From the NCBI RefSeq assembly GCF_902459465.1, contig NC_047063.1, forward strand, positions 930,001-994,000: 64,000 bases of DNA, in the 5' to 3' direction. This DNA comes from Asterias rubens. Taxonomy: Eukaryota. The notes beneath the pieces were generated by a model. The model saw nothing but the letters and a program-made list of their open reading frames with translations. It was not told the origin of the DNA and ran no database searches. The position numbers and the translations under genes were made by a program. Below are positions 52,473 through 64,000 of this stretch, piece by piece (positions within the stretch are counted from its first letter, which is position 1; each line of letters begins with the position of its first letter).

Positions 52473-53108
52473 GGTAAGCATTGGATGCCTCTGGAATGTT
52501 GAGTTTCAAAGTTGCCGGTTTGGTTGACTATAGTGTTTAAACATGTAGCGGGCGATTAACACATGAGCAGGAGGGTCAGCTGGCACACCCAACATGCATG
52601 GTGTAATGGTCTTGTCAGTGCGGCCTGTCTGCTTCCAGGACAATGGTATTCACGAGTTGAAAAAGTATTATTCTGGGGAGAGCAAGGCCGGTCCGTGTCC
52701 AAGCCGCTGATATTCATGACCTGAAAACTTATAACTTGTTTATTCATGAGACTTATTGTTATACCAACAACAGAGCCCGGCATGGATAGCTCATTAAACT
52801 TCGCCGTGCTTCAACGCACATGGCCTTTCTTCAGCAGACTGTCCAAGGTCCTCAGCAACGGTGGTATTTGCTGTCCAGCCCGCGACTTGTCTGTGGAGGA
52901 ACGCTCGGGAGGTCTTGACAAGGCGCCTTACTACATTGTATTCTAGCCATACTAAGTTTCAAATCCAGTTTACGAATTGAGTATCAAAAACTAAACCAGT
53001 CGGGTCACATTGCCAAATCCGTTGACTAGCACACAAACATTTTATGCGACAAAAGGAAGGCTACCCTAAAATGCAAAAAGTATACATTGCCATAACATAT
53101 CTACATAC

Positions 53109-56100
53109 CTGCATCTTTCTGTACTTGTCTTTAAGGTCCACACAGGTCCGTCCTGGTAGAAACTCGTAGCTCCAGAGAATGCTGTTCCAATTCTTGCCTT
53201 TCTTGGCAACACCATGCTTGAGATTCATAACTTCCTCTTCTGTGAAGTTTTGACGCTTTCGTCTTGTTGGAGTACATGTGGATGATGAGGGTGATGACCA
53301 TTTTGGCTATTGACAAAAATGAGTTTTAATCAATAAACTGCAATGAATCTCCCAACCAGAAATGCAAGATTTTTTAAAGTCCTTAAATTCTGGTCCTCCA
53401 CTTGTGTCAACCTTTGCACAGGCCTATTGCAAAGCAATTAGTAAAAAGTGAACATTTACGGTCAATATTAGGACTTTTCATTTGCGCAAAACAATGGATT
53501 CCCATTCTAAATGTTGACAAAACAACATTAGGGCTAAGTAGCTCAACAAGCAGAGCGCCACTATGCTAAAACAGAGGTTGCTTTTTTCAACCTAAAAATA
53601 AACATTTACCCAGTTTCCCTGGTGGTTTACTGCTTGATATTTAAAATAAAAAGTTCATCCCCCGTAATGTGATCCCTGTGCTGCCACTTCCCAGGCTGTA
53701 TTAAGACTTGGGTGTGATCCCTAGCAGTTACAGGCTTCTGACTGGCTTACAAAGCAAATATATTGACCATAGGTAGTTGCAAAGTAGCCCTGGCGGTCTT
53801 ACACTTTGTATTATCCTATTCCTACAGTCCTGGATATCAGGGTCTATTTCTGGGGCGAAAAAAATTCAAAGCTTCATAACTCAAATCTTACCTGCAAGAA
53901 GCCACTAATTTCAACAGATTCACATTCCATGGCAACATACACTTCTGCGGTGGGTTTTGGTGGCCATATATTCTTAACAAATACGTCATTTTTGTAAAAA
54001 ATAATGCAGTTCCCAGCGTTAAAGAATTCCTGTTTTTTATCGTATTCTCACAGTCTGCAGTCATCATGTCTGCAGTGCGTACGCAAAACGCACGCATGAA
54101 TATATTACGATGAGTGTGCGTGTTAATGCTGTGCAGTCAAGATACAGTGACCAAGAATTAAGCGCGTCTTGCAACTTACGTCTTGCACGCGGATGTATAC
54201 AAGTACGCACGGCAGCATGACTGTGAGAATGCGATCAAAATGGGAATTTTGTAACATTGGGAGCTGCATTATTTCACAAAAATTATGGATTTGTGAGGAA
54301 TATATGACCACTAAAACCCACCGCAAAAAAATGTATGCTGCCATGGAATGTGAATCTGTTGAGATTAGTGGCTTCTTGCAGATAAGATTTGAGTTATGAA
54401 GCTTTGAAAATTTCCCGCCCCAGAAACGGGCCCTATTATGTAGGACTCTGTATCTGTGCGCAGAGGAAGAGTCCTATATAGGGGCAAGTTAGTTGGTAGA
54501 GTGCTGGAACAAATATCTGGATAAGCAGGTTCAAAACCCACTCTAGTAAATTTTGCTTTATTCAACCCAAAATTGAATTTGACAGGAAACTTACACACAC
54601 ACATAAATAAAAAAACAGGGAACAAATACAAAACTTCTCAAGTTGTACAAATTTCAATTAATGTTATGTTATAAGTGATGCCTCTGAATTTGTTTCCACA
54701 AAGAAGTGTAGGTTAAAACACCATTCATAAATACCCCAGTTTCTTTACTCCTATTTGTGGAGAGCGCGTCACATGGGTGTGCAAAAACCTTTTGTAAATG
54801 CACACTGGTGCTCTGTTTATGCACACTGAGCTGGCTTCCGCATGTCGGGCGCCCAAGATTATCACGGGGAACGTGCAAATCATAGCTATCAGCGCGTAAT
54901 CTAAGCGCGCGCGTGTACACACAACCCACGCGCATCGAACAGATTCTTCACAAAGATTTGGAAAAAAATATTTCAAACCTCGAATTTTCAATTGTTAAAG
55001 TGTCTATAACTGTATTTGTTTCTGTTTTTTAACAAAAGGGCATTTATGAATGGGAATAAAAGAGTAGTGATTCGTTCTTCAACGTCCGTTTAAAACCTTG
55101 CAGGGTTGTCGCCGTGCGATAAAGGCCCTCGCCTTATCACACAACCGCCGACCCTGCCGGCTTTAAACGTACATTAAAGAACTCATCGCTACCCTTTTAT
55201 TCCCTTAATAATATTATAAGATTTATTGATAAAAACATGCCCTGAAGTAAGAATGTGTTTAGCCATCAGAAGGTTTGACAAACGAAAATAAATCTAAAAA
55301 ATATTCTCACAGCTTCTTGCTTGCATCGCCTTTCTAAGCTCTTGTGTAAAGTAGGGGTGGTGGCATGTGGGCATCGTTTAGTTCTTGAAGCAGTACGAAC
55401 TCTTCTTGACAAGGAAGTGCACGTAGAAGTTGTATCTGCAGAGGTGTTTGCCTTACTTTCAGGGGAGGAATCTAAACCTAAACAAATAACAAGGAAATAA
55501 ACAAACAACTTGTTTAAAATTAACATGTTGTCTGTAGCACTAACTACATCATTTTGACTCAAAATATCTGGCTGTCATCAAGCCAACGCTCCACCACTTA
55601 TTGTGCTAAACTGCACGAGTCGGACAGTCAGTAAATACACAAATAAACATTAATCTTGAACACGTAGTACATGCTCATATTTATGCGCTAATATATATAT
55701 TAGTGAATTTTGACACGGTGTCCAAGATCCAGGATTTTTACCCTTCTTTGTTTTTAGCATTAGGTTACACATCAATTAACAGGAATCATGTTGAGAAAAA
55801 TACTAATATTTATCATATTATTTATTACAGTTGTATGGTATAAGAATCGGACCCAATATAAAAATTTGAGTTAAGACTACAGAGAATGAAATGGTTTGCC
55901 TATTCCTTGAAATCTCTTACAGTAAATTGTGACAGGTTCTACAAAAATGAGTCGCTTGACGCACAACTCACTCTCCAGTACAGGGCTGTTGAGTGATGGG
56001 AGGGTGAAATGCTTCTTTAGGGTCTATATTTTCACATTTTCTGGAAAAAAGACTTTGTTTTTGATCAATAAAGGTATATAAAAAATGTACTTTCTTTCAT

Positions 56101-59100
56101 CCCCTATACATCAATTGTAACATAATTTTTTTAACCAAATATCACACAAGTGTGTAAGATATGTCAAAATGAAGCTTGTTGTATGATCTTTTCAGCGATG
56201 TGTAAAACCCAATAAGTCAATTGTACCCCTTGTGACTCATTTTTACAGAGCCCATCACAAATTTGATTCACAGTCAGACCCGATTGATATTGGAGTTTGT
56301 TGTCTTCCATTTTGTCCTAATATGTATAGACCCATTGCACAACTCGAAGCACACTTGTTCGCGCATCTCTTTGGGGTCAAAACATGCACAAAAGGATGGT
56401 ACACATGTTTACACGCCCATTGGTGCGTAAACACGAGTACCATCCTTTGGAGCATGTTTTGACCCAAAGAGACTTAGTGTCTATATTCTCCTGAATACGA
56501 GCAGAGAATGTTGTTCGAAACATCATGACCAAACTGGCTCTTTTCAGAGCCAACACTCCCTCAAAAGAGATTTTACACATGGTTGTACCCGCAAGCCTAC
56601 TATTTATTTTTATACTCATAGTTACTGTTAGGATGCGCTTTGCAATTGTGCAATTGGTCTATACTCACTGTGTTTCTGAATCAACCGTCCTCGTTGTACT
56701 TCTTTTTGTATCCTTCTCTGGAGGTCTTGATGTTCAAAGCATGTGTGTATACTCTTCTCAAGAGTGTATATGTAGTTCTGACTGTGCAACAATGGTCCGT
56801 TGACAGGCGGGGCACAGCCTGCTCAAAAGGAACACACAGCTTTAGTTTCTTCATTTGCTCATGGAGGGGAGAAATATATTAGAAAATTTACAGGCTCCGG
56901 GCCTACTAAGATGGGAATCTAACCCAGGAAATCCATCTTCCAGAGAGCCGCTACACCATCAAGTTGTAAGTGGCCAGTTTGAATTCTGTAACTGGGCACC
57001 AAGAACAATTTAATGCTGTAGATGTCATAATAGCTATTGTGACAAGAACATTATTATTTTGTTTTTTCTTTTACATTGATGTGTATTACAGACCTGAAAT
57101 ATTAAGGGGGTAAAGTCATTTTCATTTAGCAAAGGGCACTTGAATTCCATCGGAAAATCTTAAAAGTCTATGAAAAACTGTTGTATGGGCACCAAGGCCA
57201 CGACCAAGACCAGGGACAATAAAAGCCAAGGCCTCCAAGTGATTCCATGTCTTTTAATATGCCCTGAATTAGAGATCAAGAAGGTTTAAGTTAGTAATAA
57301 CGGTTAGAACAAATCACAGTTCAATAAGTGTTGTAAGCTTTATACAAACCTGGGCATTCTGGTAAGGGGTTGAGAATCACTGAACAATTTGCAGACCTTT
57401 TACCTTAAGAATGATAAAATAATCAAAGTACAAGGTCATTATGAGGCATTCAACTTTGGGTCCTATTTTTCATGGCTCAGTACGTGCTAGGCTTACCACA
57501 CCAGGAAGGAAATTTCAAGGGGGCAAGGCCTTTTTCCTTTAGCAAAGGGCACTTGAATTCAAATCACTTTGAGAGCCACTGATTATAAAATTATGCTTTG
57601 AAGTGACGTAACTTCACTGGAAGTTTGTGTAATCTTCGGCTGAGTCAACTCCGAAACTAGTCTCGAGTAAGAAGATGCATTATGAACTGAATGCTTCCGT
57701 TAAAAACTGTCATTGCTTCGATGAGCTGGCAAATCCCGACGTTGACGAGAAGGATTTCCACTTGTGTAATATCAACAAGTTGGACTCTTGGTTTAAAAAG
57801 CTATATCTGAGGCAGTGAAACTGATAGGTTGTATCGATTGTATGACTCTCGCTATCCAACTCCATCTCGTTGTGTTCGGGATTTTGTGTGAAGTTAGGCA
57901 ACCTTCTTGAATGCCTTGGGAACCTGTCTTAATTGTGTGACAGGTGCTGTAGGGACTCTGAACATGATGTTTTTCCAAGTCAATGCGGACTTGTCATCTT
58001 TATTCTGACTCTTCATTTTATTTGGTCCTGCTGATCTGACCCAACCAGTAGTTTGGTTAACCCTACGTAACTTTTCGGAAGAACTACTTGCGCCACAAAT
58101 TAGAATTGCAAAATGCTTTATTTACAGTTTGATACATGGACTGCTGGCTGTTGATTTGTTTCTTTTCTTGGTCAGCTGGGATTGAATGCTTACCTTGGTT
58201 GCTGACAGAACCGCACTGTTCGGAGGGCATCTCATCAGGTACAGGGTCCTGCAATGAAAAGTGTTTCAAAGTGTCACAAACACAAACAGCTAGCTAATGT
58301 TTTCAAGGCAAAACATACTTTTGTTATTTGGAATCTTTTGTTTAAACCTAACTAAATTAAGGCCTAGATCTATAATAATATAATATAACCCGTAGAATTC
58401 TGAGGGAACCCAAGACCAATCAACAAACTAAGTCTGCAGTTGATATGCAAAGTCCATCTCAAGTTAACAAAAAAAGAAAAAATTGTTGTTTTAGCCGCAA
58501 TGAGCTCGACATTGTGACCAAAGGGGTTCAAGAACCGCAGGCTTCTGGGGGGAATCCAATGAGCAATTCACACATCAAGTTTTAAGTAGACATTTCAGTT
58601 ATAATTCGAGTTATAATTTGCATGCACCCACACACACAAGCTTGTATACGCCTGCAACCGTGGACCTGCCAATATTGTCCCTCTTTTGTTTATACCTTAA
58701 CTTTTTTGCAACAGCGCCCATTGGTTTTGTACACATTTTCCAAATCTGGACCTTTCCTGAACCTGTGGACCCTTTTGTCATTTTTTGTTATTGGTCCCTG
58801 GTTTGAATGTGTATACCTATTACACACACAAACCTTTTTTAATTTGTACTATATGGTCAGTGCCATTAGTTGGATGCAAAAAAACCAATAAAATAACACC
58901 AAATGTGACAGAATGGTCAAAATATTGTCAGCATTTCACAAATCTGGCAAAATTTAACTTAAAAAATAGTATAAGCTGTTGCAAACTGCTTACCAGCCAA
59001 AAGGACCTATAGTATAAATGCAAACAATAATAAATTGGCTGACGTTTTGACCTTTAACTGAAAGATTTGATTTTCACCTCTTGAAGCTGCTGCACTCCTA

Positions 59101-60304
59101 ACTCTCTGAAAGACTCTGCATTTGAAACCTGGGAGTGGGAGGATGGTCTGAGCTTCTTGGAGTTCGTTGTCTTCACTTTAGCTGTGTGAACTACATCAAC
59201 AGATGTACAAGTCTAAAATGATATCAATACATGAAAAGAGAACTTAAAAAGGAAACTGCAAGAGTGGTTTTCAATAGGTCTATCTATATTTGCGGTTGAC
59301 GATCTTCCCTTTCCATTACAACCCAATTTCTTACTCTTCACATTGCCGTAACCAAACCATAATAGGGTTTGCCCCTTTTAAGTGACTTGCCAGCAGGACC
59401 ATTCACCTTGTAATTTCACTGGTCTGTTATCTTGTTGCCTTTTCACTTGTCCATACTTCACATTTTTTAATAGGGATGCTTTCCAACACTGATATCCTGC
59501 CAGACCAGTTAGTGAGAAGTGTGACTGGCCCTTTGGGGTTTCAGCTAGCATTTGGCCACTGAACCACTGTTGAAAGTTCACTCACATGTTGTAACACCTT
59601 AATGAGCTTCAATCAATAATTACAGGAAGGCCTACCTTTTTCTGTTCAAGAATTTGAACTCCGCAGATCCGGTCTTTTTTTGTCCATGTTGGCCCGTTAT
59701 TCTTTTCGCTGAACACAGCCTCCCCCAACATATGTTGGCTTAGTCTCACATTATTTCTTTTTTCGGTCTTCTTTTTCTTTGGGGTCAACACTTTAGATCT
59801 TTCGGTATGGCACTCCTCTTCCAAACACGAAACTACAGAAATGGAAAATATCACTTAATTGCAGGCTATCACAGGTTTTTCAAAGTTGTTTTGGGGTGGG
59901 AATATCACTGTATACCCATCAGCCAGTGTCTTAGCCAGGAATTTGGAAAGTGGGAGTGCAAACTGAATAAGTGGGAGTGCAACCTAAAATCACTACAAAA
60001 AAATAGAAACGTGTGCGTAGCACACAACACGACCGCGCAGCGCCAAGTCTGTCTCACACCCCCCCCCCCCCTCTTCTTAAGGGCCCTGGAAGCATTTCTG
60101 GTACCTATTTCTGTTACAAGTAAACTATTTTGATTAAATTTTTGGGTTTTTTTCAACTCGAAAATGAGAGGCTTTAAAGCACAGATATTATAAAGGTGAT
60201 CGACGTCCACTATACATAATTAAACTCTATAAAATGTGTCTGGGTCAATAGGCCAGTTCAAAGCAGTTACTTGGACCATGGAGCTGCGCTTGGACCCATT
60301 TAGC
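53109..60304 (-). CDS. TERB1: TERB1-like meiotic telomere bouquet protein, 3-prime part (partial model, 330 codons)
   Basis: Phase-consistent, stop-free chain of GT-AG exons: 60304-60271, 59832-59636, 59212-59078, 58248-58194, 57403-57350, 56818-56669, 55477-55311, 53306-53109. Contains ECPG|CAPPVNGPLLHSQNYIYTLEKSIHTCFEH (cf. human TERB1 RCSGCIAVEKSLNSRNFSKLLHSCPYQCDRH) and the Myb domain RKRQNFTEEEVMNLKHGVAKKGKNWNSILWSYEFLPGRTCVDLKDKY (cf. human RKNFTEEEVNYLFNGVKKMGNHWNSILWSFPFQQGRKAVDLAHKY, from memory). Start, ARM-repeat exons and terminal exon are unresolved, and the three most 5-prime exons are less certain. Confidence 0.75.
53827..54446. repeat. Long fold-back inverted repeat (~250-bp arms, ~120-bp spacer)
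   Basis: 53827-54082 is the imperfect reverse complement of 54203-54446 (for example GCCATGGAATGTGAATCTGTTGA on both strands). Confidence 0.85.
54725..55208 (+). repeat. Second copy of the ~490-bp interspersed repeat
   Basis: Aligns end to end with 39596-40090. Confidence 0.75.
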
Positions 60305-62124
60305 CTGAAATGGTTCAAAAGCGATCAAATAATGCAGTACAAGTTTGCTGTCAACAAAATATTTTTTGGCATGTGTTACTCTTGACACAAAATTTTGCTT
60401 AAAGACTAAACAAAAATGGAGAGGTATTGAAGAAGTTCAGAGTTATCATTTACTAATGTTAATTTTCTATCCATTCTTGTCCATTCGATTTCAGAACTAT
60501 AGGCCTAAGGTCAAGAAGCTGATAATAGTTTTTGTATTTAATTTAAACAAATCAATTAATTAATGTAAAATAATGATTCACACAAGTATTTGCAACCAAT
60601 CAAAATGCCAAGAGTGATTTACATGTACCATAATTGTTTGCTTAAATGTAAACTGACTGATCATGGTAATTAATATTTTCCTTTGTAATGTTTAGGTTTG
60701 TAACGTTTAAGTCTTATAGGTTGTTTAATTGTTGAAACTGGGTCAAAGGCAATTTGTAAACAGTCTGCGGAGAATAAAGAACAAACAGTTACGAAAGACA
60801 GTGCCATTTAAGTAGTTCCACTGGTCAAAAAACGTACCATGCATTGAAAAATACATTTGGGAGGTCTATCCCCCCCTACAGCAAAACCGACTTGAGATTT
60901 GAAAAGAAACATGAACCAGTTTTTGAACCTTTCGAGCGGAAAATAAACATCGTTTTGTCAACTGCATTAACACCCAAAAGATGCAAACATTGAAATCCAA
61001 AAAAGTCTCGATGTTTCAAACAAACTCTACAACGAACAAACGATGTGCCCTTGAATTTCTAGAAGGAAAAAAGATCGTCATGTTTGCCGCCGTCGAGTTG
61101 GGAAAAACTGCGGAACCAATCTACAAAGCAACTGCAGAATGTATGCGGTAAAAGGTGCACTGCGCCGCGTGTTACTCAGTTACCGATACTGACGTCATAG
61201 TAGAAAAATCCAGAGCGCGATAGTTTGTAGGATCGTGGAGATAAGATTGGTACCTAAAATAATCTGAACGAAAACGCGTGTGAATTCGCCTCTATCATAC
61301 CACGCGTGCATGGAGTTCATGCTGCCTGCTGATGACGGTCGATGACGACGACTGACTGTTAAAACGAAGTCTGCCTGTCTCGCTTGCGTTGTGTAATTTG
61401 CACGTGCGTTGTGTAATGTGTGGTTTGTGCGTTGTGTGGTCGCAATGTGGTCAGCGTGTTCGAGGCAACTTCGAGTGATTGTTTTATGGTTGCGTCGTTG
61501 AAATTTTGATTCAAAAGGAAGAAGGAAATCTGGTAAAACCAAATCTAATTTTACTCACTGCTGTTTAAACTGTTCAACAACAACAAAATAATAAAAGAAG
61601 TTCAGTAATTTTCACTGAAATTATTAGACAGCACGGCTTCACCCAAGCCGTGCATAAAAATTTTGCCCGTGTTTTCAGCCCAACTGGCCGTGCTAACACG
61701 GCGTGCACGGCTCGCTAGCTAACACGTTGCCATCAGCTAACAGTTGTATGGCTTCTGATTGGCTTATATGGTTAAAGTCACAAAGGCTCAATGGGTGTTC
61801 AACATGTGGGCCTCCACCCATATCTACAATACACACTCAGCATTCACGAAAGGAAGTAGACTCTGAAACCTTCTTAGAAGTTTTTTTTATGACACTGAAC
61901 AGGCTGGTCACTGTAGGATTTGAAACTCTGCGTGGTGGAATTACAATCAAGTGAGGTTCATAAAGAAACCAAGTAGTATAGGCCTCCATAATCTCTCTTA
62001 ATGAGTTGTGGTGAATCTGTGGATTGAGAACTCAGCAGTTTCAATTTGGATGTTCTGATCGTCATTGTAAATCCATACTGCGCCTTGAACACCCAGCAGG
62101 GTGGATATGTGCGCATTACAAGTC

Positions 62125-62128
<4 letters not shown>

Positions 62129-62173
<45 letters not shown>
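62129..62173. repeat. (TTA)n microsatellite
   Basis: Pure TTA run; source of the poly-I, poly-N and poly-Y ORFs. Other microsatellites: (TATC)n near 25812, (ATTCA)n near 28298. Confidence 0.9.
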
Positions 62174-62174
<1 letters not shown>

Positions 62175-62259
62175 CTGATCAATCTGTTGAGCTTTCGAAA
62201 CACTGGTTTTTCTCAGATTCACCAAACTCATATGGAGAGATAATGTATATGGTAGTGTC

Positions 62260-63860
62260 TCAACCTTCTAGGAATGCCTTGGGAACCTGTCTTAATTGTG
62301 TGACAGGTGCTGTAGGGACTCTGAAAATGACTTCTTTCCAAGTCAATGCTGACTTTTCATCTTTATTCTGACTCTTCTTTTTATTTGGTCCTGCTGATCT
62401 GACACAACCAGTAGTTTGGTTAACCCTAAAGTAACTTTTTGGAAGAACATCTTGCGCCACTTTGTACAAATTAGGATTCCCTAATGCTCTATTTACAGTT
62501 TCATTAATGAGTGTTGAGTGTTTTTAATGGATGTGGGGGTTTTCTGGTTTTTTTCACCCCTTTAATTTTCTTTGTCCTTTTTGAAAATCCTATTTTGTAG
62601 TTTTTGTGTGCTTGGATCTAGTGTTTATTAAATGAATGTGCAATGTTTTACTGTGCAAATTTGTATCTTTAGTGCACTTCCGTAGATTGTTATTAGCTGG
62701 GATCCATGGGAGATCAGTGAGTTTTTCTCACTCAAAGGATTTCCCAGGATAAACAAGAAATAAATAAAATAAATGTACTGCTGGCTGTTGATTTGTTTTG
62801 TTTTCTTGGTCAGCTGGGATTAAATGCTTCATACCTTGGTTGCTAACAGAACCGCACTGTTCGGAGGGCATCTCATCGGGTACAGGGTCCTGCAATGAAA
62901 AGTGTTTCAAAGTGTCACAAACACAAACAGCTAGCTAATGTTTTCAAGGCAAAACATACTTTTGTTATTTGGAATTGTTTTTTGTTTTTTTTTCACCCGA
63001 ACTAAATCTAGGCCTAGATATATAATAATATAATATTACCTGTAGAAATTTTATTTTATTTTTAACAGTGGTGTAGCTTTTTTGTGATATCACTGAAAAA
63101 TTTGCAGCGATCATGTCCACAAAGAAAGAATAATCTATAAATTTTAATAATAATAAACAAAAGCCAAGCACCCATCCATGAAACGTGCTCCTGGGTGCTG
63201 ATTAATTTTTAAAAAAACACACACATCAAAATACATACAGGTATAAAATAAAACCTTAGAACCAATGGAAAAAATACAACAAAAAAACAATAAAATAACA
63301 CCAAATGTGACAAAATGGTAAAAATATTGTCAGCATTTCACAAATCTGGCAACAATTTTACTTAGAAAATAGAATGAGCTGTTGCAAACTGCTTACCAGC
63401 CAAAAGGATAGTATAAATGCACACAATAATAAATTGGCTGACGTTTTGACCTTTAACTGAAAGATTTGATTTTCACCTCTTGAAGCTGCTGCACTCCTAT
63501 CTCTCTGAAAGACTCTGCATTTGAAACCTGGGAGTGGGAGGATGGTCTGAGCTTCTTGGAATTTGTTGTCTTCACTTTAGCTGTGTGAACTACATCAACA
63601 GATGTACAAGTCTAAAATGATATCAATACATGAAAAGAGTTATAAGCTCAGTTACATTTAGAACTTAAAAAGGAAACTGCAAGAGTGGTTTTCAATAGGT
63701 CTATCTATATTTGCGGTTGACGATCTTCCCTTTCCATTACAACCCAATTTCTTACTCTTCACATTGCCGTAACCAAACCATAATAGGGTTTGCCCCTTTT
63801 AAGTGACTTGCCAGCAGGACCATTCAGCTTGTAATTTCACTGGTCCGTCATCTTGTCACC
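62260..63860 (-). pseudogene. Partial duplicate of TERB1-like middle exons
   Basis: Direct copy of ~57905-59430 with indels. Includes exon copies 63611-63477 (TCTSVDVVHTAK...QQLQE) and 62889-62835 (DPVPDEMPSEQCGSVSNQ) with intact splice sites. May instead be the used exons of a longer gene extending beyond the window. Confidence 0.6.
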
Positions 63861-63868
63861 TTTTTCTT

Positions 63869-63998
63869 TCATTATTATCTCGCAAGTTCGATGACAGATT
63901 GAGCTCAAATTTTCACAGGTTTGTTATTTTATGCATATAGATACACAAACTGTGAAGGCTAGTCTTTGACAATTACCAATAGTGTCCACTGCCTTTAA
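63869..63998 (-). mobile_element. Truncated copy of the same TTAA MITE family
   Basis: Ends GACAATTACCAATAGTGTCCACTGCCTTTAA; matches 33295-33425. Confidence 0.7.
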
Positions 63999-64000
63999 GG

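Noticed and set aside
52846-52930. Candidate terminal TERB1 exon (APCQDL…YHRC*)
   Set aside because: The acceptor lacks a polypyrimidine tract and there is no homology support; left unresolved.
53891-53995. Apparent TERB1 exon with a CAG|GTAAG donor
   Set aside because: Lies in one arm of the fold-back repeat, and exons 55311 and 53306 already join in phase.
60793-60965. Candidate ATG-containing first exon for TERB1 (MQLTKRCYF…QCM|GT)
   Set aside because: Phase fits the 34-nt microexon, but there is no TERB1 similarity; could be chance.
61958-62371. Poly-I, poly-N and poly-Y ORFs
   Set aside because: Translations of a (TTA)n microsatellite.

Overview
AT-rich, intron-containing animal genomic DNA. 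The SINE/MITE content and gene style suggest an echinoderm such as a sea star (inference). Gene models were built by hand from splice sites, exon phases and remembered human homologues. (1) RPAP3 on the minus strand (11 coding exons, 484 aa, one TPR domain) lies head-to-head with (2) a conserved full-length TMEM168 (698 aa). (3) A tandem array of diverged TMEM168 paralogues follows: two intact genes (689 and 682 aa), a deleted and frameshifted pseudogene, and an ~90 bp relic. Each derived copy has a paralogous non-coding first exon preceded by NF-kB-type sites, C/EBP-type sites and a TATA-like box, an immune/acute-phase-style promoter not seen at the parental copy. The intact paralogues also lose the His of the caspase-like YxSGH motif. 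(4) A TERB1-like gene, not represented as a single ORF in the track, lies on the minus strand (CPGC/TERB2-binding-like region plus C-terminal Myb domain), with its middle exons locally duplicated. The rest is SINEs, TTAA-flanked MITEs, a nested hAT remnant, fold-back repeats and minisatellites. No CRISPR array, rRNA or convincing tRNA was found.
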